From: an uncultured Chloroflexia bacterium
GTDB taxonomy: Bacteria; Chloroflexota; Anaerolineae; CG2-30-64-16
Assembly (NCBI GenBank): GCA_963810095.1
Contig: CAWEMM010000011.1
Location: forward strand, 1-64,000
DNA: 64,000 nt
Direction: 5' to 3'
Below, piece by piece: positions 51,874-61,625 of this stretch (its first letter is position 1; the number at the start of each line of letters is the position of its first letter). The notes under the pieces were generated by a model. That model made no database searches, was not told the DNA's origin, and saw only the letters and a program-made list of their open reading frames with translations. A program made the position numbers and the translations under genes.

Positions 51874-52488
51874 ATGGCAGAACCCCGGCGAGCGGTTGCG
51901 GCCGTCTTGACCCTGATGTTCCTGTTCCTTGCTCCTGTCTTCCCCGCGAATGCATCGACGGCCGCGGTACCCGACGCGCCCAACGCCTGCACTGAAGTGG
52001 TGAAGAACGGGGGCTTCGAATCGCTCTCGGCCAACTGGACCCAGGAGGGCGCACCCGGCCTGCAGCTGATCACGAACACCAATCCTCGCACCGGCGCCTA
52101 CAGCGCATTTCTTGGCGGCGTGCCGAGCAGCGACCACAGCATCAAGCAGCAAATCACGCTGCCGGCAGGGCAGATGATCACCCTGCGTTTCTGGGCATAC
52201 CAGGACACCCTCGAGCACGCCCCGAGCACCGACGACTATCTCGTCGTCCGGCTGCTCAACACGGGCGGGACGCAGCTGGCGCAAGTCACCAGAGTCGACG
52301 TCGACCCGGACCTGCCGCTGGCCTATGTGCTGTACAGCGCGAACCTGACGGCCTATGCCGGGAAGACGGTACAGCTGCAGTTCCTCGTCCACAACGGCCA
52401 GTTCGACGAAACGTGGTACTTCGTCGACGATGTCAGCGTCAGCGCCTGCACGGTCAAGCCCGTGTACCTGCCGCTGATCCGTAAGTAA
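51874..52488 (+). CDS. Secreted beta-sandwich (CBM/galactose-binding-like) protein with C-terminal YLPLI motif
   Basis: Signal peptide, NGGFE, DYL.V.L, NLTAYAGKTVQLQF, YFVDDVSV, VYLPLIRK. Confidence 0.75.
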   Translation: MAEPRRAVAAVLTLMFLFLAPVFPANASTAAVPDAPNACTEVVKNGGFESLSANWTQEGAPGLQLITNTNPRTGAYSAFLGGVPSSDHSIKQQITLPAGQMITLRFWAYQDTLEHAPSTDDYLVVRLLNTGGTQLAQVTRVDVDPDLPLAYVLYSANLTAYAGKTVQLQFLVHNGQFDETWYFVDDVSVSACTVKPVYLPLIRK

Positions 52489-52502
52489 ATCTGGAGGAAA
52501 CC

Positions 52503-53687
52503 ATGACCACTCGCTTTCGAACCCTGATGGCTGTCCTAGTCTTGGTCAGCATCCTCATGGTCCCCGCCGCCACAGCTGGCGCCGCGGGGCCGGATGCCAA
52601 TGCAGCATTCGACGTGAAGTTTGCCGGCGTCATCACGACCGCCCCCGCGGCCGCGGGCGAGCCCTGGGTTATCGCAGGGCAGACCGTGAAGACCGATGCG
52701 AATACCAAGGTCCTACTGCCCGCGGAAGAACCCGCCGCGGCAGGCATGTGGGCCGACGTAATGGCCAAGAAGCAAACGGACGGCAGCCTCCTCGCGCTCA
52801 AGCTGAAGGTGATGCCGCCCGAGATGCGGCTCGTCGGCCCGCTCCAGGTGATGCCCGAGGGCGATATGGGCACGTGGACGGTCGCGGGGGTCGATTTCAA
52901 GGTCGATGAAGCCACCAAGATCGTCGATCGGGGCGAACCGATCATGGTCGACGGGTGGGTCGAGGTGCAGGCGGTCGAAGACGCGGGCGTCCTCGTCGCC
53001 GTCCGTATCATGTCGCTTGACGAGCAGGACGGCGTGGAGCTATACGGCGCGATCCAGGCATTCTCGGGGACCGGGTGGACCATCAGCACGGTCGAGTTCG
53101 CGGTAGACGCCAACACGCGGATTATGGGCAAACCGCAAGAAGGGCTGCTCGCGAAGGCCTCGCTTAAGCTGCAGGAAGACGGCAGCTTGCTCGGCCACAA
53201 TATCAAGGTCGCGTGGGATGAGCAGGGCGGCTGGCGCAAGCCGGTGCAGTTCACCGGCAAGATCGAGGCACTGCCCGCCAAGGGAATGGTCGGGCTCTGG
53301 ACGATTGACGGCAAGCAGGTCGACGTCTCCGCCCAGACCAAGGTGCTGCAGCACAAGGCCCTGGCCGAGGTCGGCGCCACCGTCCATGTCGTCGGCTGGA
53401 CCGAAGGCGAGGTCGTCAAGGCCATCCTGGTCGCGGTGATGGCCCCCGCCGCGGACTCGAAGCCCTTCCAGTTGATCGGGAAGATCGACGCCCTGCCGGC
53501 CGGCGGGCTGACGGGCGAGTGGACCGTCAGTGGCGGAGGCAAGCAGTACGCTATCCAGGTTACCGACGCGACCCGGATCGCAGGCCGCCAGTTCGTGAAG
53601 GTCGGCGCTGCGGTGACCGTGCTCGGCATCCAGAAGGCCGATGGGACGATCACGGCAACGCTGGTTCACGCCAAACAAGGACGGTAG
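52503..53687 (+). CDS. Secreted DUF5666 repeat protein
   Basis: Five repeats of G.I......W.V.G....VD..T.I....G..V.V. Confidence 0.8.
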   Translation: MTTRFRTLMAVLVLVSILMVPAATAGAAGPDANAAFDVKFAGVITTAPAAAGEPWVIAGQTVKTDANTKVLLPAEEPAAAGMWADVMAKKQTDGSLLALKLKVMPPEMRLVGPLQVMPEGDMGTWTVAGVDFKVDEATKIVDRGEPIMVDGWVEVQAVEDAGVLVAVRIMSLDEQDGVELYGAIQAFSGTGWTISTVEFAVDANTRIMGKPQEGLLAKASLKLQEDGSLLGHNIKVAWDEQGGWRKPVQFTGKIEALPAKGMVGLWTIDGKQVDVSAQTKVLQHKALAEVGATVHVVGWTEGEVVKAILVAVMAPAADSKPFQLIGKIDALPAGGLTGEWTVSGGGKQYAIQVTDATRIAGRQFVKVGAAVTVLGIQKADGTITATLVHAKQGR

Positions 53688-53734
53688 AGACCGCTAACGC
53701 GTCGCCGGACGACGCGTGGAAAGTAGACGATGCG

Positions 53735-53772
53735 CCGGGCTCTTCTCGTGACCGAGAGGAGCCCGGTTTCTA
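53735..53772 (+). terminator. Intrinsic terminator
   Basis: CCGGGCTCTTCTCG-TGAC-CGAGAGGAGCCCGG followed by TTTCT. Confidence 0.65.
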
Positions 53773-53900
53773 TTCCCGCTGGCTGCAGCACTTCCGCCAT
53801 TCATTGAAAATACAACAGGTAGATCGATTACACATAATATTTTGATATTATGGCACAATCTCGATTGCAGTACCCAGTATTGACACCAGGAGGATCGAGT

Positions 53901-54726
53901 ATGTATCGAAAAGTGACAGTCGTGTCCATTATCGTCCTGTTGCTGAGCCTCGCTTTCGCCAGCGTCAGCTTCGCCCAGACAGGCACCGGCAACCCGAACG
54001 ACCAGCAGGGCCAGAACAACAGCGGCCAAGCCCAGGCGGGCAACAACCAGCAGGGCTTTGCACCCGGCTCGGCGTTCACCAGCCTCGGCCAGGGGCGCAG
54101 CGTGGCCAATGGCCAACGCCAGTGGTACGCATTCGAGTATGCGGGCGACAACTCGCAGATCCAGATCCGCCTGCGGAATGCGGCGAACCTGATGTTCAGC
54201 GTCTGGACGCAGCAGCAGATCCAGTCCGCTAACGGCAGCTTCGGCGCCACGGCGGACGCGGTGGGTCGCAGCACTGCGAACAACTCCCAGTTCGGGGGCG
54301 ACCAATACTGGACGGGCTCGTTCAACACGCCGGGCACGTACTACATCATGGTCGAGCGGGTGCAAGGCGGCAACACCGATAACGCGGCCGGCAACTACCA
54401 GCTTGAGGTGACCGGCAGCGGCGTGAGCTGGCGCGGCCAGGGCCAGGGCAATGCCAACGGCTCGAACAATGCGAGCGGCTCGAACAACACGAGCGGTTCC
54501 AACGCCACACAGCGGCTCGAACAACACCAGCGGCTCGAACAACACGAGCGGCTCGAACGCCAACAGCGGCTCGAACAGCACCAGCGGCAGCTCGGCGCCG
54601 GGTGGGCTCGCGCCTTCGACCCTGCCGACGACGGGTGGCGAGACCGCTTCCATGTTCCCGGTGCTGCTCGGCGCGCTGGGTGCCCTGAGCGTGACTGCCG
54701 GTGCACTCCTGCGCCGGAAGAAGTAA
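53901..54726 (+). CDS. Secreted surface protein with SGSNNT repeats and LPxTG sorting signal (frameshift near 54510)
   Basis: Signal peptide; the alternate frame ends in LPTTGGE - hydrophobic segment - RRKK. Confidence 0.75.
54456..54588 (+). repeat. 18-bp coding tandem repeat (7 units, SGSNNT)
   Basis: AGCGGCTCGAACAACACG-type units, one of which has an extra base. Confidence 0.85.
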
Positions 54727-54774
54727 GCGCATCGCCGTCAGGCGCGCCCTCGGGCGACTGAATGGAACGTGCCG

Positions 54775-54818
54775 GGGCACGAGGGGCAGAACATTGCCCC
54801 TCGTGCCCTGTGATTTTT
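54775..54818 (+). terminator. Intrinsic terminator
   Basis: GGGCACGAGGGGCA-GAACAT-TGCCCCTCGTGCCC then a T-rich tail. Confidence 0.7.
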
Positions 54819-54841
54819 GATGCCGAGCTATCCACTACCCC

Positions 54842-54870
54842 TTGACAAGTGGCTGTATCACTGGTACATT
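54842..54870 (+). promoter_or_regulatory. trp operon sigma70 promoter
   Basis: TTGACA-17 nt-TACATT with extended TG. Confidence 0.75.
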
Positions 54871-54897
54871 AGGCACACAAGTGAATAGCAATGCCCT

Positions 54898-55300
54898 AAA
54901 GGCTGTGAAGAGGACGAGTACGCGCCGGGCCGCTGGCCCAGAGAGCGGGGGGCGTCAGCACGCTGTTGATGTAAGCGGCGCTGGCGCAGGTGAGAGCCCC
55001 GTGCAGACGGTGGCGCGGAATGGACCTCAGAGCTGCAGGATGAACGTGGTTACCGGCCCTTCGCCCGGTAACTTGTCAGTAGTCCGCGCCGGAGATGCCA
55101 CCGTTATCAAGGCAAAGAGTATAAACGCCCACCTTGTCGTCGGCGCCGTACTCGATCAAGAGTGAGGCTGGCTTAACCCGACCCGTCCTATTCGCCATTC
55201 GTGGCGCCATCACCGGCGGGTCGATCTATTTAACCAGCCTAACCAGGGTGGCACCGCGGGATTGCAGTCCTCTCCCGTCCCTGAACGGAGAGGATTTTTG
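54898..55300 (+). ncRNA. T-box riboswitch (Trp specifier) leader of the trp operon
   Basis: GA motif, AGTA S-turn, AGAGA bulge, GGTGAGA loop, GAA-TGG specifier (55021-55023), CCGTTA, T-box AACCAGGGTGGCACCGCG (55241-55258), terminator TCCTCTCC..GGAGAGGA-TTTTT. Confidence 0.92.
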
Positions 55301-55345
55301 CTTTAAGCCGGTGGCTCACACCGCCGGCCGCCTGCGGAGGCTGCC

Positions 55346-56830
55346 ATGCCAAACCTGATTCCTATCATTCGCGAACTGCCCGCGGACCTCGAAACGCCGG
55401 TTTCGGTCTACCTCAAGCTGCGTGGACGCGGCCCTTCGTTCCTACTGGAGTCCATCACGGGCGGCGAGCAGGTCGCCCGCTACAGCTTCATCGGCGTCAA
55501 TCCCGGCCAAGCCTTCGTCTGTCGCAACCGGCAGATTGAGCGGCACATTGCTGCTAACGGCTCAGGGGCCGAGAGTTCGATCGAAACGCTGGCCGAAGGG
55601 CAAGATCTGCTTCACGTGCTTGCGGCCGAACTGGCGCAGTACGACGTGGCCGAGGTTGCCGGACTCCCCCGCTTCTCGGGCGGCTTTGCCGGCTACCTGG
55701 GCTACGACGTCGTCCGTTTCTTCGAGCCGCGGCTGGGTCTCGCTCCACATGCGACGCTTCCAGACGCCATCTTCCTCCTGGCCGACACCGTGGTCGCCTT
55801 CGATCACGCCTTCGGCCGCCTGTTGCTCATCTCCAACGCTCAGGCGGGTGGAGCATCCGCTGCGGAAGACGAGGCAGTGGCCCGGCATGCGGCCGAGCGC
55901 CGGCTCGACGAGCTGCAGGCGGCCATCGAGGCGCCGCTGCCCCCTCACTCGACAGGACCCGTGCCCGACTGCTGCACGGACCTTGCGTCGAACATGAACG
56001 CGGAGGACTACTGTGCCGCGGTTGAGGCGGCTAAGGCGTACATCGCGGCCGGCGACATTTTCCAGGTCGTGCTTTCGCAACGTTTCTCCAGGCAGACAGG
56101 CGCGCAGCCGTTCGACATCTACCGCAGCCTGCGCCGCCTAAACCCTTCGCCCTACATGTTCTTCTTCGACTTCGCCGGCCTGGCCGGTGGCCCCGACCCG
56201 CTCTACCTCATCGGCGCGTCGCCCGAGATGCACGTGCGGCTGGAAGGCGGCACCGCGACGCTGCGGCCCATCGCCGGGACCCGCCCACGAGGGGCCAGCC
56301 CCGCAGCCGATGCCGCGCTCGAACGTGAGCTGCTGGCAGATCCGAAGGAGCGCGCCGAACACGTCATGCTCGTCGACCTGGCGCGGAACGACCTGGGGCG
56401 GGTCTGCGACTACGGGACGGTGCGGGTGCCCGAGCTCATGACCGTCGAAAGGTACTCCCACGTGATGCACATCGTGTCGCACGTCGAGGGATGCCTGCGG
56501 CCTGACCTCGACGGGTTTGACCTGGTGCGCGCGACCTTTCCGGCGGGCACGGTCAGCGGTGCACCAAAGGTGCGGGCGATGGAGATCATCGACGAACTGG
56601 AGCGCGGCCCCCGAGGGCCGTATGCGGGTCTCGTCGGCTACTTCTCGTACGACGGTTCGCTCGACACCTGCATCACCATCCGGACGCTCGTCATGCAGGG
56701 CCAGGAGGTCAGCGTGCAGGCGGGCGCCGGGATCGTCGCCGACTCCATCCCCGAACGCGAGCGCCAGGAGTCGGTCAACAAAGCCCGCGCGCTCTTCGCA
56801 GCAGTTGAGTTGGCCGAGAAGGCACGCTGA
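55346..56830 (+). CDS. trpE: Anthranilate synthase component I
   Basis: FLLES, GDIFQVVLSQR, NPSPYM, SPE, PIAGTR, KERAEH.MLVDL.RND, GAPKVRAM. Confidence 0.96.
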   Translation: MPNLIPIIRELPADLETPVSVYLKLRGRGPSFLLESITGGEQVARYSFIGVNPGQAFVCRNRQIERHIAANGSGAESSIETLAEGQDLLHVLAAELAQYDVAEVAGLPRFSGGFAGYLGYDVVRFFEPRLGLAPHATLPDAIFLLADTVVAFDHAFGRLLLISNAQAGGASAAEDEAVARHAAERRLDELQAAIEAPLPPHSTGPVPDCCTDLASNMNAEDYCAAVEAAKAYIAAGDIFQVVLSQRFSRQTGAQPFDIYRSLRRLNPSPYMFFFDFAGLAGGPDPLYLIGASPEMHVRLEGGTATLRPIAGTRPRGASPAADAALERELLADPKERAEHVMLVDLARNDLGRVCDYGTVRVPELMTVERYSHVMHIVSHVEGCLRPDLDGFDLVRATFPAGTVSGAPKVRAMEIIDELERGPRGPYAGLVGYFSYDGSLDTCITIRTLVMQGQEVSVQAGAGIVADSIPERERQESVNKARALFAAVELAEKAR

Positions 56831-56901
56831 CAGGAAGGACCCGAGAACCTAAGCCGCACCAAGGCCCTTTTGTGCAACTTTGGTTCCTGGGTTCTTCCTG
56901 T
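56830..56901. repeat. 8-nt-periodic palindromic element (covarying variant)
   Basis: ACAGGAAG GACCCGAG AACCTAAG ... CTTTGGTT CCTGGGTT CTTCCTGT. Confidence 0.7.
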
Positions 56902-56916
56902 TGAAAGGGGTATCTC

Positions 56917-57486
56917 ATGATCGCAGTGATCGACAACTACGACTCGTTTACCTACAACCTGGTCCAGTACTTCGGCGAGTTGGGCGCGGAGGTCCGCGTG
57001 TACCGGAACGACGCAGTGACGCCGAAAGAGATCGAGGCGCTGAATCCCAGCCACGTCGTCATCTCGCCCGGACCCGGCGACCCGTCGGACGCGGGCATCT
57101 CCAATGACGTGATCCGCGAGCTGGGTGCGCACCGGCCCCTGCTCGGCGTCTGCCTCGGGCACCAATGCATGGGCGCCGTGTTTGGCGGGCAGGTCGTCCG
57201 CGCGCCGCACCTCTTCCACGGCAAGACCTCGCGCGTCTATCACTTCGGCACCGGCCTGTTTGCCAGCCTGCCCAGCCCGTTCGAGGCGACACGCTACCAC
57301 TCGCTCATGGTGGCCGAGCCACTTCCCGAGGAGTTGGAAATGACCGCCTTCACGGATGGCGGGGTCGTCATGGGCCTGCGCCATCGCACCCGCCCCACCT
57401 TCGGGGTCCAGTTTCACCCCGAGTCCATCCTGACCCAGGGCGGGAAGCAAATCCTGAAGAATTTTCTCAACGTGAGAGCCGGCTAA
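56917..57486 (+). CDS. trpG: Anthranilate synthase component II (glutamine amidotransferase)
   Basis: [29 protein letters not shown]. Confidence 0.95.
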   Translation: MIAVIDNYDSFTYNLVQYFGELGAEVRVYRNDAVTPKEIEALNPSHVVISPGPGDPSDAGISNDVIRELGAHRPLLGVCLGHQCMGAVFGGQVVRAPHLFHGKTSRVYHFGTGLFASLPSPFEATRYHSLMVAEPLPEELEMTAFTDGGVVMGLRHRTRPTFGVQFHPESILTQGGKQILKNFLNVRAG

Positions 57487-57545
57487 CCACAAAGACACAA
57501 AGACACAAAGGTGAACATCTCGCTCTAACCCTGTGTTTTTGTGTT
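57486..57545. repeat. 8-nt-periodic palindromic element (right arm degenerate)
   Basis: CCACAAAG ACACAAAG ACACAAAG ... CCTGTGT TTTTGTGT. Confidence 0.7.
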
Positions 57546-57567
57546 GAAAGGTCCTCGGGAGGACAGT

Positions 57568-58623
57568 ATGTTACACGACTACATCGGGAAACTGCTCGCT
57601 TACCAGAACCTCAGCGAAGACGAGGCGCGGGAGGCGATGGAGATCATCATGACCGGGCAGGCGACGCAGGCGCAGATCGGCGGCTACCTGATCGCGCTGC
57701 GCATGAAGGGCGAGACCGCGGACGAAATCACGGGCTCGGCGCGGGCGATGCGCGGCCAGGCCAACGGCGTGACGGTAAGCCACGCCGGCGCGCTCCTCGA
57801 CACGGCGGGCACGGGCGGCGACGGGAAACACACGTTCAACATCTCCACCGCGGCTGCGTTCGTTATTGCAGGGGCGGGCCGCCAAGTGGCGAAGCACGGC
57901 AACCGCGCCGCGTCCAGCCGCTCGGGCAGCGCGGACGTGTTAGCGGCGCTCGGCGTGAACCTCGACCTGACGCCGGAACAAGCCGGCCGCTGCATCGACG
58001 AGATCGGGATTGGCTTTCTGTTCGCACCCAAGTTCCACCCGGCCATGAAACACGCGGTTGGTCCGCGCAAGGAGCTGGGGCAGCGCACCATCTTCAATCT
58101 GCTGGGCCCGCTGACCAATCCGGCCGGCGCAACCCACCAAATCATAGGCGTCTACGACCCGGCGCTGACGCACGTCCTGGCCGAGGTATTGGGCAGCCTG
58201 GGCTCTGAAGCGGCGCTCGTGCTCCACGGTTTCGGCGGGCTCGACGAGCTGACGACGGGCGGCCCGAACCGGGTGAGCCACCTGCGGGCCGGCAAGGTTA
58301 CCACCTTCGACCTCGACCCGGTCGATCCATGCCTGCCGTTCGGCCGCTGCTCGGTGGAGGATCTGCGCGGGGGCGACCCGGCGCACAACGCCCGCATGCT
58401 GCGCGACGTTCTCGCGGGCGTCGACTGCGGCCCCCGCCGCGAGGTCGTGCTGCTGAACGCGGCCGCCGCGCTAGCGGTCGAATGCTGCGATCTCTCGGCC
58501 GATCCCTGCGGCATCCTGCAGGAAACAGCCGGCCGGGCGGCCGAGTCCATCGACAGCGGGGCCGCGCTGCGCAAGCTGGACGGCCTGATCGAGATGAGCC
58601 GCGCATTCGCGCCGGCAGAATAA
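57568..58623 (+). CDS. trpD: Anthranilate phosphoribosyltransferase
   Basis: DTAGTGGDG..TFNIST, KHGNR..SS.SGSADVL, RTIFNLLGPLTNP. Confidence 0.96.
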   Translation: MLHDYIGKLLAYQNLSEDEAREAMEIIMTGQATQAQIGGYLIALRMKGETADEITGSARAMRGQANGVTVSHAGALLDTAGTGGDGKHTFNISTAAAFVIAGAGRQVAKHGNRAASSRSGSADVLAALGVNLDLTPEQAGRCIDEIGIGFLFAPKFHPAMKHAVGPRKELGQRTIFNLLGPLTNPAGATHQIIGVYDPALTHVLAEVLGSLGSEAALVLHGFGGLDELTTGGPNRVSHLRAGKVTTFDLDPVDPCLPFGRCSVEDLRGGDPAHNARMLRDVLAGVDCGPRREVVLLNAAAALAVECCDLSADPCGILQETAGRAAESIDSGAALRKLDGLIEMSRAFAPAE

Positions 58624-58649
58624 GCGAGTTGGACGGATGGGCAGAAGCC

Positions 58650-59487
58650 ATGAGCCGATTGGGTGAAATCTTCGAGCACAAGTTGGCGGAGGTCGCGGCG
58701 AGCAAAGGGCGACGGGCCCCCGCGACCGTGCAGGCTGCGGCGGAAGGAGCGCCGCCCGCGCTGGACTTCCTCGACGCGCTCGAAGCGAGCCCGCCGTCCC
58801 GGCCTGATTGCGGAGGTCAAGGCGGCGTCGCCGTCCCGCGGGCAGCTCGCAGGCCGAAACGGGCAGCCGTTCGACCCCGTGGGGCTGGCGCACATCTATG
58901 CAGAGAATGGCGCAGCCGCCATCAGCGTGCTGACCGACGAGCGGTACTTCGGTGGGTCTTTGGACCATTTGCAGGCCGTGCGTGCAGCGCTACCCGGCAT
59001 ACCCCTCCTGCGCAAGGACTTCGTTTGCGATCCCTACCAGGTCTACGAGGCGCGGGCCGCGGGCGCCGACGCGATCCTGCTGATCGTCGCGGCGCTTAGC
59101 GTGCAGCAGCTTGTGGAACTCGGCAGCCTGGCCCGCTGCCTGGGCATGGCGGCACTGATCGAAGCTCACTCGGGCGAGGAACTGGACGCCGCGCTTGCGA
59201 CCGGAGCAACGCTCGTCGGGATCAACAACCGGAACCTGCATGACTTCTCCGTCCGGCTGGAGACGACAATCGAGCTGGCGCCGCGGGTCCCTCCACACTG
59301 CCTGCTCGTCGCCGAAAGCGGCATCTTTGCGGCGGAAGATGTGGCCCGGTTGGTGAGCGGGCGCGGGGCCGACGCGATCCTGGTCGGCGAGGCACTCGTG
59401 ACTGCGCCCGACACGGCCGCCCGGGTGCGGGCACTTGCGGGTCTTGAGGATCGAGCCGTCCGAGATCCTGGTGGAGCGTTACCGTGA
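58650..59487 (+). CDS. trpC: Indole-3-glycerol phosphate synthase (frameshift near 58790)
   Basis: LIAEVKAASPSRG, SVLTDERYFGGS, LRKDF, GINNRNL, VAESGI. Confidence 0.93.
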
Positions 59488-60122
59488 TCGTCAAGATCTG
59501 CGGGATCAAGACCCTTGCCGACGCACGGGCAGCCGCCGCCGCGGGCGCGGACATGCTCGGCTTCAACTTCTACCCCGCCAGCCCGCGCTACCTCGATCCC
59601 GCGGCCTGTGCTGCGCTGATCGCCGCACTGCGGGACGAGCTGATCCGGGTTCCCATACTGGTGGGCGTCTTCGTCAACATGCCCCCGGCGGACGTCTCGG
59701 CCCTCCTGGATTCTTGCGGCCTGGATCTCGCCCAGTTGCACGGCGACGAGCCGCCGGAGGTGCTGGCAGCGCTCGGCATTCGGGCCTTCAAAGCGATCCG
59801 GCCGCGGGCCGCGGGCGAAGCAGACGCGCAGCTGCAGGCTTACTGCCGGCGGTGGCCGGCCGCGCCCGACATCCTCCTCGACGCGTCCGCGCCCGGCCTG
59901 TACGGCGGCAGTGGCAAGACTGCAGATTGGTCGGTGGCCGCTTCGCTGGCCCGCCGGGCGCGGCTGTTGCTTGCAGGCGGGCTGCACCCGGGCAACGTGG
60001 CTGAAGCGGTCGCTGCGGTTCGGCCCTGGGGCGTCGACGTGGCCTCGGGCGTGGAGTCCGCGCCGGCCGTGAAGGACCCCGCCAAGACGGCCGAATTCGT
60101 GCGCAAAGCGAAAGGCAATTGA
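59484..60122 (+). CDS. trpF: Phosphoribosylanthranilate isomerase
   Basis: VKICGI, QLHGDE, GGSG, LAGGL, DVASGVE. Confidence 0.95.
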   Translation: MIVKICGIKTLADARAAAAAGADMLGFNFYPASPRYLDPAACAALIAALRDELIRVPILVGVFVNMPPADVSALLDSCGLDLAQLHGDEPPEVLAALGIRAFKAIRPRAAGEADAQLQAYCRRWPAAPDILLDASAPGLYGGSGKTADWSVAASLARRARLLLAGGLHPGNVAEAVAAVRPWGVDVASGVESAPAVKDPAKTAEFVRKAKGN

Positions 60123-60204
60123 CCCACAGAGCGTCGCAGGACGCAAAGAGGTGTGCCGCGTGTTCTGCGTGCCGGTGGTGCGTCTGCCGTGAAGGAAGAG
60201 CAGC

Positions 60205-61389
60205 ATGAAGAGCAAGTTTGGTCCCTATGGGGGCCAGTTTGTGCCCGAGACCCTAATGCCCGCACTCGCGGAGCTTGAGGAGGCCTATCTCCGTCTGCGG
60301 GCGGACACTGCCTTCCAGTCGGAGCTGGACGGGCTCCTCAAGACGTACGTGGGCCGGCCGACGCCGCTCACGTACGCACACCACCTGAGCGAGCACTTGG
60401 GCGGCGCGCAGATCTACCTCAAGCGCGAGGACCTGGCGCACTCGGGCGCGCACAAGATCAACAACGCCCTCGGCCAGGCACTGCTGGCCCGGGCCATCGG
60501 CAAGCACCGCATCGTCGCGGAAACCGGCGCGGGGCAGCACGGGGTGGCCTCCGCGACGGTCGGGGCCCTGCTGGGGCTGGAGTGCATCGTGTACATGGGG
60601 TCGGTCGACATCGCGCGCCAGCAGCCGAACGTGCAGCGGATGCGGCTGCTCGGCGCAGAGGTGCGGCCGGTGGACGGCGGCACGCGCACGCTCAAAGATG
60701 CCATCAACGAGGCCATTCGCGACTGGGTGACAAACGTCAGCACGACCCATTACCTGCTGGGCTCCGCGCTCGGCCCACACCCCTACCCAACCATCGTCCG
60801 CGACTTCCAATCGGTCATCGGGATCGAGGCGCGACGCCAAATCCAGGAAGCGGTAGGGCGGCTGCCTGATGCGTGCGTGGCGTGCGTCGGCGGCGGGTCC
60901 AACGCGATCGGCCTCTTTCATGCCTTCAAAGACGATACAAATGTGCGGCTTATCGGCGTGGAGGCGGGCGGTACAGGGATCGCGTCCGGCCGCCATGCCG
61001 CTCGCTTCGCCGACCCCGCGTTGGGGCGCATAGGCGTGCTGCACGGGACGCGGACGTACGTGCTGCAGGACGCGCAGGGTCAAATCGCAGCGACGCACTC
61101 CATCTCCGCGGGGCTCGACTACCCTGCAGTGGGACCCGAACACGCGCACCTGCGTGACCTGGGCCGCGCCGAGTACACCCATGCCGGCGACGAGGAAGCG
61201 CTGGCCGCGTTCCAGCTCTTGGCGCGGACCGAGGGCATCCTGCCCGCGCTCGAATCGTCCCACGCCGTCGCAGAAGCCGTGAAGCTTGCGCCGAGACTAG
61301 GCAAGGAGCAAGTGCTGCTGGTGAATCTATCCGGCCGGGGCGACAAGGACCTGGAGACGGTGCTGGCCGCGCTGGAAGAGCGACGGTGA
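60205..61389 (+). CDS. trpB: Tryptophan synthase beta subunit
   Basis: [49 protein letters not shown]. Confidence 0.97.
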   Translation: MKSKFGPYGGQFVPETLMPALAELEEAYLRLRADTAFQSELDGLLKTYVGRPTPLTYAHHLSEHLGGAQIYLKREDLAHSGAHKINNALGQALLARAIGKHRIVAETGAGQHGVASATVGALLGLECIVYMGSVDIARQQPNVQRMRLLGAEVRPVDGGTRTLKDAINEAIRDWVTNVSTTHYLLGSALGPHPYPTIVRDFQSVIGIEARRQIQEAVGRLPDACVACVGGGSNAIGLFHAFKDDTNVRLIGVEAGGTGIASGRHAARFADPALGRIGVLHGTRTYVLQDAQGQIAATHSISAGLDYPAVGPEHAHLRDLGRAEYTHAGDEEALAAFQLLARTEGILPALESSHAVAEAVKLAPRLGKEQVLLVNLSGRGDKDLETVLAALEERR

Positions 61390-61625
61390 GCTTGGTGTCT
61401 ATCCGAAAACTCGCTGGGGCCGGTCTCGTACGCCAGCTTGGCTGGCGGCCGTGCCCCGCTGGCTCGGTTAGGGAACCGCCCGAGTATTCTCGGATCGACC
61501 TTTTGGGCGCGAAACATTAGGAACGCGGAGCGTTTGGAACACGAAGGCATTTGGAACACGAAGACTTGAAGGTTGCCGAAGGGCGCGAAGCGCGAACGGC
61601 GCGAAGGGTATCGAAGGACTGAGAC

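Noticed and set aside
54456-54588. 18-bp tandem repeat as a possible CRISPR or iteron
   Set aside because: It is an in-frame coding repeat (SGSNNT) without spacers
5537-59487. About 20 genes interrupted by frameshifts (aspS, lon, trpC, hslO, mscS, epimerase and others), suggesting pseudogenisation or programmed frameshifting
   Set aside because: They affect essential genes, show no decay or in-frame stops, and are scattered single-base indels. This is best explained by long-read assembly error, so they are annotated as CDS.
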